DNA from: Octopus sinensis | Lineage: Eukaryota | Reading direction: 5' to 3' | DNA length: 64,000 nucleotides | Assembly: GCF_006345805.1 (NCBI RefSeq) | Contig: NC_043001.1 | Coordinates: 6,758,001 to 6,822,000, forward strand | In this document: piece after piece, positions 13,300 through 25,250 of the stretch | Layout: every line of letters starts with the position of its first letter | Numbering within the stretch: the first letter of the stretch is position 1 | Notes under the pieces: model-generated | What the model was told of the DNA's origin: nothing | What the model saw: the letters and a program-made list of their open reading frames with translations, nothing else | Database searches by the model: none | Position numbers and translations under genes: made by a program

Positions 13300-14957
13300 T
13301 TTGAGTGAGTAAGAACGGAGATTGAGGCAAGCTCAAGAACAGAAAGACGAGCAACACGAAAGGAACTCAAAAAGACGGCGTCAGGTCTGTTAAGCGCCGT
13401 CACAGGAGCAAAGAAAGCAAATTTTAGAACGAGATGCTTCTCAGCATAGAAATGCAAGACAACAACTGTCACAAGAACAACATAAACAGGTTTTAGAACA
13501 AAATCCAGCAAAACACAGAAGACGTCGTAAAATCAATAATAGACTAACTCTTAATATAGCTCGACATTATTATATGGATGGAGTTCTGCAGGTTCCCGTT
13601 GATGTTGCTCGCCACAATTGCGGCCTCATGGACGCGAGTTGCCACCGCTGCAATGCTTTGGTGTTTATTGGAGAGCGAACTGGAGGAACAATGAACAATT
13701 CCAGTTTTGGTATATGCTGTAAATCAGGAATGATAAAAATTGCAAATATCCAGGAGTTACCGAACGAACATTCTGATCTTTTTCTTTCTAATACTCCTGA
13801 AGCAAAATATTTCAGATGTAATATTCGAAGGCTCAACAGTGCAATGGCAATGTGTCCTATGAAAGTAGATGACACTTCAATACTGAGAAGAATTACAAAT
13901 TACAGAATATATGGAATTCTTTATAGATTTATTGGAGCTCCTAGAAACCAAACAGGAACAGACCTGTCTAGCTTACAAACGTGTTTCTTTGATCATGAAC
14001 AAATAAGAAGACGAATTGAGAGAACGCCTCTTAACAAAGCAAACCAAGCCTTCGATGTAAAAATATTTCAAAAAATTAATTCCGCTATGATATCTGCTGG
14101 AAATACTTACAATCTTTTCTCTCTTTGCAGGAGCAAATTGATGCTGGAAATATTCCTGCTGGCTTATATGCGGATAAAACCCCCATGAAGAACACTCCAG
14201 GAGATATAATCAACCAACTTCTAATGATCTTTCTATTCTTATACAAAATAGTCTTGATGAGGAAACGAATTGTTCAGAACGAATGCTCGTAACATAATTC
14301 AGAGTAGAGAGTAACCAAAGATCTTTACAAATATTAAGTCACTCGCATCGATCATACTCCCCAATGATGTCCCCTTTTTTTCCTTCTGGCATAGATGGGT
14401 GGCACTTTGGATTAATGAATGGAAATGGCAACCATCATATTTCAATACTTCAATTTTATTGTTACCGCATCATGAAAAGAACAGGATCTACAAATATATT
14501 GCAATTAGAATAGCTCCCCTTACCGGTAAACTATAATTCAACATACAAAATATCTCCTCTTTATGTCACTGGCCGTTTACTTCAAGATGCACGCTTGATT
14601 ATCCGGGACGAAGCAACCATGTGCCATCGTTATCTATTTGAATCGCTGAACTGAACACTGCAATGGCGCACGTTATAGAGTGTTATCGGTGTCTGATAAT
14701 ATGATCACTACAAGTAAAATAACAATGTCTCTAAATAAAAGTGAAGGACAAAGCCTTTCTAATTGCGGCATCTACATGCCTGCGCCCGTATTTATTTATG
14801 ACCAGTTATATTTCGCTCTCAGTAGAGTTGGCGATCCAGTGAATCTTAAAATATTTGCTGATCAAAAATAATTTACCAGATCAGGAACAAGTAGACGTCA
14901 TAATAAAAACGTTAAGAAGACTTACATGTAACGTTGTCTACACGGAAATAGTGTAAA
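13300..14957 (+). pseudogene. Internally deleted Helitron RepHel relic
   Basis: ORF 13574-14188 has the Helitron N-terminal Zn region (GLMDASCHRCNALVF...GICCKSG...FRCNIRRLNSA). It is followed by HSRRYNQPTS and FPSGIDGWH, the PIF1-helicase fragment DARLIIRDEATMCHRYLFESL (~14585-14650) and the C-terminus MSLNKSEGQSL...QLYFALSRV...NVVYTEIV. Stops and large deletions are present. Confidence 0.88.
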
Positions 14958-15864
14958 TATTGATATACTGCTTATGTAAAAAGTAGAGATTTGTTTAATA
15001 TTTTCTTTGTTATTTTGTTACTGATTTTGTAAAGTATTTGCACAAATAAGAATATGTAAATCTATTATCAAATTATATTTTTTTGTGTATTTCGCAAACA
15101 ATAGTGTAATTAAATTGAAATGTTATTGTTTTTTTTTTTTCCTTACTGACTTCTCACGAGAAACATGTGAGTTGTCTCAACCCACTTTGCCTCTGGCTGT
15201 TACAGGCTGCATGCATTTCTGATTGACAGGTCTATTTGTGAAACAATACAGATGACTACCTCCAACAAAGTAGGTCCCAGGATTTCTTATCAATAAAATA
15301 GCCCGTACTACAAATCCATAGACGCAAGTGACGGCTGTTTTTACCATTTGTATTTTAGTCTTATGTATCAAAATTCAACAAATGTCACCAATGATACCCT
15401 TTTATATACAGTCGTGTAACATTTAATAAAACACGGGTTTATTTTAAATGTATACAGTCAGGAAATTTTCGATAAAACGTAGTGTAAAGCATCTCTATAA
15501 CAATCGATTATGTTTAGAATGAAAAAATTATTGCGATACATATCAAGTAGATATCAAGTGGAAATGATGTTATATATTGAGGTGTTAAGAGGATGATTGA
15601 CCCACGATGAATGAATATATTTATACGAAATACACACACAATAAATATGGAAGTTGTATTAAAATGTATTCATAATACCGAATGAATCATGAAAAAGTTA
15701 GCAAATCATGACTTATGTCTGTGTTAACAAGTTAATGTACTTCTGTCACTGGACAGCTTTTCAGTCGTTAAAACGGAAATTACATTTTGAAAATATCGAT
15801 ACTGTCTTATAACTACTTTCAGCAACAGTTTCTCAGTGATTATAACTTTTTTCCTGCCATGTTT

Positions 15865-17006
15865 CTTTTCTCTTTTATGCTTTGCTTGCGTCAATCGTTA
15901 AACTACAACCAAGCTGGAGCACCACCTTGACTAATTTAAGTCAAACCGATTTGACATAACACTTTTTATTGTATGTTATTAAGCATGGCACTTATTCTAT
16001 CGTTTCTCTTTTTGGTGAACCGCTATAGAACGGGGACGTAAACACTCCAACATCTGTTGTCAAATGGTGGCTGAATGCACATGCGCGCATACACACACAC
16101 ACACACACACACTGACAGGTTCTTCTTTCAATTTCGGTCCCGGAAATCTACTCACAAGATATCCGTTTCCACTCTTGGCAGAAAGCCTAACATTTTTGGA
16201 AGGAGACCAGTCGATTAGATCGACCCCAGTACACAACTGGTGCTGTATTTATCGACCCCGAAAGGATAAAAGGCAAATTCGGCCTCGGCGGTATTTGAAC
16301 TCAAAACGTAAAGACAGCGAAATACCTATTTCTATTTCTTTACTGCCCACAAGGGGCTACACACAGAGGGGACAAACAAAGACAGGCAAACGGATTAAGT
16401 CGATTATATCGACCCCAGTGTGTAACTGGTACTTAATTTATCGACCCCGAAAGGATGAAAGGCGAAGTTGACCTCGGCGGAATTTGAACTCAGAACGTAA
16501 TGGCAGACGAAATACCTATTTCTTTACTACCCACAAGGGGCTAAACACAGAGAGGACAAACAAGGAAAGACAAACGGATTAAATCGATTACATCGACCCC
16601 AGTGCGTAACTGGTACTTAATTTATCGACCCCGAAAGGATGAAAAGCAAAGTCGACCTCGGTGGAATTTGAACTCAGAACGTAACGGCAGACGAAATACC
16701 ACTAAGCATTGACAAACAAGGACAGACAAGCGTATTAAGTCGATTATATCGACGCTAGTGCGCAACTGGTACTTAATTAATCGACCCCAAAAGCCTGAAA
16801 GGTAAAATCGACTTCGGCGGAATTTGAACTTAGAATGTAATGGCAGACGAAATACTGCTAAGCATTTCACCCGGCGTGCTAATTGTTCTGCGAGCTCACC
16901 ATTGTCGGACCGACGCTATATACTACACATTTGCCCAAGGTGCCACGAAGAGGAACTGAATCTGAAAACATTTGGTTTGGCAGCAACCTTCCTACCACAC
17001 AGCCAC
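15865..17006 (-). mobile_element. SINE family A split by an inserted SINE C multimer
   Basis: The family A consensus breaks at CTACTCACAAG (~16158) and resumes at TTGTCGGACCGACGCTATA (~16902). Confidence 0.7.
16160..16900 (-). mobile_element. SINE C tetramer (four cores joined by a ~65-bp linker)
   Basis: Cores start at 16210, 16399, 16583 and 16739; linker TATTTCTTTACTACCCACAAGGGGCTAAACACAGAGAGGACAAACAAGGAAAGACAAACGGATTAA. Only the last unit has a complete tRNA-like head. Confidence 0.88.
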
Positions 17007-17214
17007 AAATCATTTCATGCATTATTTGTAAATTGATAGGAAGATGTTTAACTGAGGTTTGCAATTTTGACGTTATGAATGATATGCATTACGTTTCAGC
17101 TCTTTAATTAATTTTCTATAAATCGTTCATAGACTCACGCATCAATGACAGAAGATCAATTGGTTTGATTTAATTAAATGTTGATAATTACACGAGAGGA
17201 GTATAAAAAAATAA

Positions 17215-17366
17215 ACAAGGAGTGGCTGTGTGGTAAGTAGCTTGCTTACCAACCGCATGGTTCCGGGTTCAGTCTCACCTTGGGCAAGTGTCTTCTACTA
17301 TAGCCTTGGGCTGACCAAAGCCTTGTGATTGGATTTGGTTGACGGAAACCGAAAGAAGTCCGTCGT

Positions 17367-17429
<63 letters not shown>

Positions 17430-17772
17430 TTAATATCAGGGTAGCAAAAAATTCAAGAGCAATTTTTCGCCACCAGCGGTCCAGTGAGAAAGAAAAAAAT
17501 AGTCAACAGACTATATAATGTACATTCAACAATATTAAGGAATGGCCTTGATAGGCCATTCTACCCACTAGAAAGAGCAGCTAAATTCAAACCGCTAAAT
17601 AGTTGTAATTCAGAACCAAAGGAAAATAAAAACATTTACCTTAGTCCAGAGATGAAAGGGGTAAACGTTTTTATTTCTCTTTCAATTTCTGAATTACAAC
17701 TATTTAGCGGTTTGAGTTTAGCTGCACTTTCTAGTGGGTCGAATGGCCTATCAGGCCATTCCTTAATATTGT

Positions 17773-17858
<86 letters not shown>

Positions 17859-18065
17859 TTGTATATATATATGTATGTATATATGTATGCATGTGTGTGT
17901 GTGTTTGTGCGTTTGTGTTTTTCCCCCACCACCGTTTGTGAAATGATAGTGGTGTGTCTACGTCCCCGTAAATTAGCGGTTCTGCAAATGTGACCGACAG
18001 AATAAAAGGCAGTGCTCCAGCATGATCGCAGTCAAATGACTAAAACAAAAGACTAATAGAATGAA
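17215..18065 (+). mobile_element. SINE family A split at its internal (TA)n by an inverted-repeat element
   Basis: Head 17215-17365 and tail 17880-18065; the intervening 17425-17780 is flanked by (TA)n. Confidence 0.78.
17527..17774. repeat. Inverted repeat, ~115-bp arms with 19-bp spacer (PLE pLTR-like)
   Basis: 17527-17640 is roughly 90% identical by eye to the reverse complement of 17660-17774. Each arm has an internal GAATGGCCT/AGGCCATTC hairpin, and the ORF track shows near-identical peptides on both strands. Confidence 0.9.
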
Positions 18066-18175
18066 AAATTTAAACGCACCTGAAATTAGTTTTAAACCTG
18101 TCTCATAATAACTTACCTCAACTCAAATATAAATATTGTGTCAAATGGTTTTTTAAAAAATATTTTGAGTATTAA

Positions 18176-19010
18176 GAACGGTGAGCTGGCAGGATCGTTA
18201 GCCCACCGGGCGCAATGCTTAGCGGTATATCGCCTATCGCAACGTTCTGAGTTCAAATTCCGCTAAAGTCAACTTCGCCTTTCATCCTTCCGGAGTCGAT
18301 AAATTAAGTACCAATTGCGTACTGGGGTCGATCTAATCGATTGACGCCTTTTCCAAAATTTCGGGCTTTGTGCCTAGAGTAGAAAATAATCGTTAGCATG
18401 CCGGGCGAAATGCTGAGTGATATTTCTTCCGTTGCTACGTTATAATTTCAAAATCCAATGATGCCCACTTTGCCTTTCAGCCTCTCGGGGTCTATAAATT
18501 AAGTACCGATTAAATACTGGGGTCGATGTAATCGACTGAATCTCTCCCACCAAAATTCAAACCTTGGGCTTATAGAAAAGATTTATAAAGCAGCAACTCG
18601 CAGAACACTTAGTATGCCGGAAAAATGCTTAGCGTCATTTTGTTAGTGTTTTCTGTTATGAATTTTAATACCACCGGCGTCAATTTCCATTTCACACTTT
18701 CGGTGTCAAGAAAACATGTACCATTTAGACTCTGGAATAATTGGAATCGACTTGCACTTTCACTTTGGCCTTATCCCAAACTTTGTAAACAACAATATTT
18801 TGAGATTGATGCTGTCACGCTGAAAGAATCCTTAGTCTGTTGCGCAAAATGGTGCAGTATTTCTACCCGCTTTTTACGTTTTTAGTTCCAATCATGCCCT
18901 CGACATATTTGCCTTACGTTCTTTCGTGTTCAATAAAATAAAGTACCAGTTTTGGTTATTGATTCTCCCCATCCTCAATAATTATTACTTTTGTGTTAAA
19001 ATTTCAAACA
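18176..19010 (+). mobile_element. Four head-to-tail SINE C copies of decreasing preservation
   Basis: Heads at about 18178, 18392, 18595 and 18800; the core TCATCCTT..GGGGTC.ATAAATTAAGTACC recurs. Confidence 0.72.
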
Positions 19011-20736
19011 ATTATTATTTTGATTTAAAAGAATGATTTCATTCCAGTATATTGTACCTTTTTAAGGCAAGATATGTTTTAATGTCATTGTAATTGTCCA
19101 TTCAAATTATGAATTCCAAGCTGGTCGTAGGTGTATGGAGTGTTTTAATATGCAGAATATATGGTTGCACACCTAGCGCCACTGCAACAATAGTAACTGC
19201 GCATTTCACTCCCAAGGAATAGTATCTTCCATGCTCTGAAAGAACGGATTTATGAACAAAACGGATCTGTGATGTACGTTGACACTCTCACAACCTCACG
19301 GATAATATCAACAACAAAACAAACTTTTCGTCTTATTGTTAAGACCTGGCCTTCGACAAGAATGTGTTTCAAAGCTCAATCCGCTACAACCTACAAACAT
19401 ATGAAAGTAATTGCGCATTCCTAATCAAATTTTCTAATTCGGAAATGTTTATATTTTTTCACATTCTCTAATTTTTAATTTCAAATTTTGCATCTTTTTC
19501 TTTTCATGTCTTTTTGCTGATTTACTGTTTGCAAATTCCATTTCTTTTCTGCCTTTTGGGGATTTTTTTCTTCCGTTTTCATCGTTGTTATTATCACTTC
19601 ATAATTATAACATGACAAGTTCGTCTTGACTTTAATTGAATTTATTGAATCTCGGGTGCAACTTCAGTTTGTAATTATATTTATTTTTACTATTTATGTT
19701 GTAATATTTTGTTATGTTTGTAATTACAAAAACGAAAAACAACACAAACCCCCAAAATGCAACTTATTTCTCCTAAATTTCTTCAATCAATTATTAGTTA
19801 TTTTCTTCTCCTCCATATTTCAAATAATTTCATTTTTACATGTTTTTCTCAAATAAATTACTACTTAGAACAAAACGACATAACAATCTATCCCAATAAT
19901 TATTTTTGCATTTAATTGCTTATAATTTATAATTACAAGGAAGGTTAGACATTATATGTGTGTGTGTGTATGTGTGTGTGTGTATGTGTGTGTGTGTATG
20001 TGTGTGTTTGTATGTAGGTATCATATATACGACATTATATATTGACGTAATTTAAACTTTTATATTCTTCCAAATGTACGTAATGCGTGGTACTCCTAAT
20101 GATCGACATTATGAATAAATGAAAAAAAATGAAATTCTCGAATTTTGATATTAATACTGAATTTTATCTCCTGTTAAAGCATTAATTTTAATTAAATCCT
20201 AATGTGTTTATAAATGTAAAGTTATTCCGTACTCTAATAATAATAATAAAAAAAAAAGAAATGCATTCGTTTCACTGTCTCGAGAAATAATATCGGATGA
20301 GGTGGCATTTGAAGCGTTGGAGAGATAATTCAACATAAATTATGAAAGAAAGATTAGCGCCATTTCCAGAAACAAATATAGAAAATTATTCTGTTTCGAC
20401 TTTGAAAAGCAGATTCTTAAATGCGAATTTCGCTAGAGATAATACAGCCTTTGAAATAATTCATTATGCACAAATATAATTAATTAGCAGGTGCAATCAA
20501 TTGAATAAATTTTACAAATGGAAAAGCATAAAATATAAACGCGATACTAGGATGTTGTGACCTGTATCCTTCTCTGCGTAGCTAAATCCTCGAACTAACA
20601 TCTCATTTTTTAGCAGTTTTGAATGTTTTATAAAGTACACAGGCATATTTACGAGGTGATGGCATGGAATTCTCAGAAATTTAAACTTCTGTATTGACAA
20701 ACTGCAATCACAAGCACAAGCTAATAATGTTTGGCG

Positions 20737-20771
20737 CAGTGATCGGCAATCCGCTGGATCGCATTTATATA
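20737..20771 (-). promoter_or_regulatory. Possible TATA/Initiator core promoter
   Basis: Minus-strand TATATAAA begins 31 nt upstream of the A in ATCACTG, inside a locally CpG-richer patch. Chance occurrence is plausible. Confidence 0.18.
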
Positions 20772-21382
20772 AGCACTATAACGATCGCTTCTCCATGTCT
20801 CTGATACATCTTCAGTTATTTCTATCCATTGAAAAGACACACCTATCTCCCATAGTCTCCAGACTCATAATATTAAACAGTCTAAAACAGAATCAAGGAA
20901 ATATAGTAAATCATTTTCTATTAGAAAGCTGAAGGCATTCCATTTCCTAGATGAAATTTAAACACTCGTTGGGTATCAAAATTTTAAATAAAATTTATGA
21001 GGATTATCTTATTTTATGTCCTCTTAGCAAAGGTGTAAGTGCGTAACATTCACCTATATTTTCCTTATTTTCTCTTTTATCATGTCTTCTATGAAATATC
21101 GACCAAACTAGATTATGTTTTCGTTTTGTTTCTCTATCATCGTTTCCAGCGGGTTCACGGGCCGTCTATTCCTTTCATTGATGGATTTATACTTGTCATG
21201 TCGTCCATGAAATCCTTGCAGACTACATACCTTACCTCATCGTCAGGTCTGATCTTCTCGACTACTTTTCCCGCCACTTCTACTCTTATGTTCACTGTAG
21301 CAACAGATACCACTACAATATTGGTACTCCATGCAATTAATACTTCTTCAATTCTCTTCCATTTGAAATTTCTTCTTGCCTT

Positions 21383-21551
<169 letters not shown>

Positions 21552-23424
21552 TAACTTAGAATAACTTAGAAAGGTTTTGGCCAGTATTGGCCCAGGTCAT
21601 GTCTTACTTAATAGCACCACCTGCGAAGTCTTTCGATTCAGGATTTGGGCACCGAGGCCCATTCGAGCAGAGAGTTATTTTTTGCGGAGACATATCCGAG
21701 TGTGGGTGGTTTGTCCGGGACTGTTTGAAGGAATTTGTCCAAAGACTTCTTGAATTGTGTGTGGTCAGTTTCTGTTTTGACGTGTCCTGGTGTAATGTTG
21801 AAGAGAGCGGCTCCAATTGAGGTGAAATAGTTGTGCCGTATTGTCGTTATGTGATGCGATTTAGATTTTTGTTGTGGTCGGATGGCACGTGGACAGCAGT
21901 ATTCAAGGTGGGGTCGGGCAAAAGTGGAGAAGAGAATGATAATAGTGTGGGAATCTCTCGACTGGAAGGTTCTGAGAATCCAGGAACACATTCTGCGGGC
22001 CATGTCAACTTTGCTGCTTATATGTGTAGCCCAGCTTATGCTGTTGTCCACTGTTACTCCCAAGTCTCTGATGTTGTTGGATGCCATGAGAATTTCTCCA
22101 GAAGGAAGAGAGTATGGGAGTTTCAGAGCGTCCTCCCTTCCAAAGTAGATCAGTTCGAATTTGTCTTCATTTAGCAATATGTTATTCTTTTCCGCCCATT
22201 GGACAACAGCCAGTAGGTCTGACTGAAGGTTTATTCGGTCATCCACGCCATTGATGACCTTCTGGAGCTTGGAATCATCAGCGAAGGTTCTGATGTTACT
22301 GTGTATGATGGTGTCAGTGATATCATTTATGTAGATGATGAAGAGAAGTGGGCCCAACACAGTGCCTTGTGGGACACCACTGCTGACTTTGGCTGGGCTG
22401 GAATTAACTCCTTCGACTACAACATGTTGGGTTCTGTTAGACAGGAAGCACTTGATCCACTGCAGCAGCTTTCCAGTGACACCAATATTGGACAGCTTTC
22501 TCAGAAGGATCTTATGATCAACCCTGTCAAAGGCCTTGCTGAAATCAAGGTAGATGACATCAGTGTTGGAACCCTCTCCCAAGGCTTTCAAAATGTCATC
22601 GAAATGATGCGGTAGGTGCGTCAGGCAATCTCTCCCATTACGGAATCCATACTGGTTGGGGTTCAGCATATTACGACTCTCAAGGAAGTGAGTCATACGC
22701 GATCTCAGCACTCTCTCAAATACCTTAATGATATGAGAGGTGAATGAGATTGGACGCTAATTCACGGCAAGCGATTTGTTTCCTTTTTTGAAAACTGGGA
22801 AAACAGACTGGGATAGAAGGTCTTCTGGTATATATCCAACATCCTGTGAGTTCCGCCACAGATTGGCTACAGGGGGTGCAAGTTGGTTTTGACACGTCTT
22901 CAAGACACAAGCAGGGAACCTATCGGGACCTACTGCTGAATTATGCTTCATTTCCTTTATTTCTGCTAAGACATCAGGAGCGCCAAAGTTTATGTCCGAT
23001 AAAGTGTATTGGGGAGTAACATCACTGATACAGCCCAGATCAGTCATATCAGGATTGCTGAAAACAGAGCAATATTGTTTCGGCAATATCTCTCCCACGG
23101 TTTTGGCATTGTCTTGAAGAGTACCATTTTCATCAATCAGAGGACCAACAGTAGAACCAGTGACTCTGTGTTTTTTTGGAAATGAAAAGAACACTTTGGG
23201 ATTGAGTTTGATCTTCTCAATGGCCCAGACCTCTTCAGCTCTTCGCTGACTATTGATGATAGACATCATGTTGTTTTGGAGTTTATGTTTTTTAATCTCT
23301 AGCGACGAGATGGCAGTCAGGTTGGTGTGTTGCTGTTGACAGTATTTCAGCTTGTTGATCTTTTTGTTAATTCATTTAATTTTCCCGATGAGAGATTTTC
23401 TATTTCTAGGGATTCGACACTTAG
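21552..23424 (-). mobile_element. CR1-clade LINE, 5'-truncated, RT domain largely intact
   Basis: One reading frame 23424-21638 with two stops (TGA 23372, TAG 22757). Motifs QYGFRNGRDC, YLDFSKAFDRVDH, GVPQGTVLGPLLF and FADD; 3' tail (TCTAAGTTA)2. Confidence 0.95.
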
Positions 23425-23585
23425 ATATGTATGTACATATATATATATATATATGTATGTATGTATGTACATACATATATGTATATATATATATATTTAT
23501 ACATGTATATATATATATATACATGTGTGTGTGTATATATATATATATATTATATATATATATATGTACATCCATATATATATAT

Positions 23586-23633
<48 letters not shown>

Positions 23634-23668
23634 ATATATGTATGTATGTACATATATATATATATATT

Positions 23669-23702
<34 letters not shown>

Positions 23703-23703
23703 C
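23425..23703. repeat. (TA)n/(TATG)n microsatellite
   Basis: Direct reading. Confidence 0.95.
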
Positions 23704-23790
23704 ATACCGGAGTAAACACATAAATGTGAAACAAGGTGGAAAAAAGAGTACTCAAATACCGGTGGTATTTGAGCAGAAAATTCAGCAATA

Positions 23791-23830
23791 CCTGTTACTT
23801 TGAGTTTCACGTTCCCGTTCGTCAGACAGT
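23791..23830 (-). ncRNA. Minimal type I hammerhead ribozyme candidate, canonical core
   Basis: ctgt-CTGACGA-acg(ggaa)cgt-GAAAC-tcaaa-GTA-acag: helix I 4 bp, CUGANGA core, helix II 3 bp with tetraloop, 2-bp helix III, GUA cleavage triplet. Confidence 0.7.
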
Positions 23831-23886
23831 AATTACACATGTAAGCACACACGCTCGCGCGCACATGCTTTGTGCATACTCAAAAT

Positions 23887-23926
23887 ACTGCCCGACGAAC
23901 GGGAACGTGAAACCCAGAGTAACAGG
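23887..23926 (+). ncRNA. Second copy of the same HHR, core CCGACGA
   Basis: ctgc-CCGACGA-acg(ggaa)cgt-GAAAC-ccaga-GTA-acag; helix I has one mismatch. Confidence 0.5.
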
Positions 23927-23957
23927 TTTTGTTGGATTTTTTGCTGCTTTAAATAAA

Positions 23958-23998
<41 letters not shown>

Positions 23999-24429
23999 GA
24001 GAGACAGAGTCGGTAAGACAGAGAGAGATAGATTGATACATAGATAGATAGAGATTGAGATGGAGAACGAGTGAGTGAGAAAAAAAGAACAATTAAGGCA
24101 ATTCATACGCACGCACAAGCCAACACATGCACATTTATATACGATGATGCTCCAGCATGTCCACAGTCAAACAACTGAAACATGTAGAAGAATAAAAGAA
24201 TATATATATATCCGTTTTTCTGTGTATTCATTATTTGTATTTCTTGTGTGTATGTGTATATGTGCGTGTGTGAGCGTGTTTTATATATAATAAGTAATCC
24301 AAATATGTGCGTATGCATGTATCGACACACCCACACATATTAATAACGTCAGCATATAGGTGTATGTATATAATTATGTATATATTCGTCTGCCTGTTGA
24401 CAATCCAATCGCTTGTGTTTGGAAGCATG

Positions 24430-24521
24430 TCTTCATGAATGTGTCAGCAGCTAAGTGACACACTCATCTCACTGCGTATATATGTGTGTGTGCATGTATG
24501 TATATATGCATCTATGTACGC

Positions 24522-24555
<34 letters not shown>

Positions 24556-24725
24556 TTGTGTCTTTTTGTATGTGTTTGTGTGTTTTACTATAAACCTATC
24601 TCATTATTATTCAGTAATTGACATAATACTAATATTTCATAACCTTTTGCCTGTTTGCCTGGATATACGTTCAGCAAGCAATTGTATGTGTGCCGGAATG
24701 TATAATTGTGTGTGTGTGTGTTGTG

Positions 24726-24756
<31 letters not shown>

Positions 24757-24928
24757 TGTGTGTGTGTGTTGTGTGTGTGTGTGGGCGCGCGTGTGTAGAC
24801 ATACAAACATACACAAGTTATTGCTTTGAGAAAAACGCTTCCTAAAGAAACCGATATTCTGCAAAGCATTAAGTTCTTGGATGTTAGGTAGGTTTTCTCA
24901 TACTCAAAATCACAAACCCACGCTCGTG

Positions 24929-24959
<31 letters not shown>

Positions 24960-25005
24960 CAGCAGACCTACATACACATATGTGTGTATCTATGCATGTG
25001 CCTGC

Positions 25006-25073
<68 letters not shown>

Positions 25074-25104
25074 TGTATATATAAATTAGAAAAAAAACAT
25101 TTAT

Positions 25105-25140
<36 letters not shown>

Positions 25141-25250
25141 TATACTCACAAAAATATATATACATACGCATACATAGAGACATGCACACTCATATACTTA
25201 TATGCGTTTGTGTCTGCGTATTTACGTATGTAAATATGTATGCGTGTATA
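24430..25250. repeat. Compound microsatellite field (TA)n/(TG)n/(CA)n
   Basis: (TG)n about 24705-24785, (CA)n about 24930-24960, (TA)n about 25005-25145. Confidence 0.9.

Larger units (their letters stand above)
23704..23958. mobile_element. Inverted pair of PLE-like pLTR fragments between (TA)n tracts
   Basis: 40-bp arms 23791-23830 and 23887-23926 (4 transitions apart), each folding as an HHR that reads outward. Confidence 0.72.

Noticed and set aside
16160-16900. Regularly spaced repeats that could suggest a CRISPR array
   Set aside because: The intervening segments are themselves repeated, the units are SINE cores, no cas genes are present and the context is eukaryotic.
17455-17515. Minus-strand CTGTTGA...GAAAAATTGCTC reading toward (TA)n
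   Set aside because: Suggestive of another A6U motif, but helices I and II do not pair convincingly in this copy.
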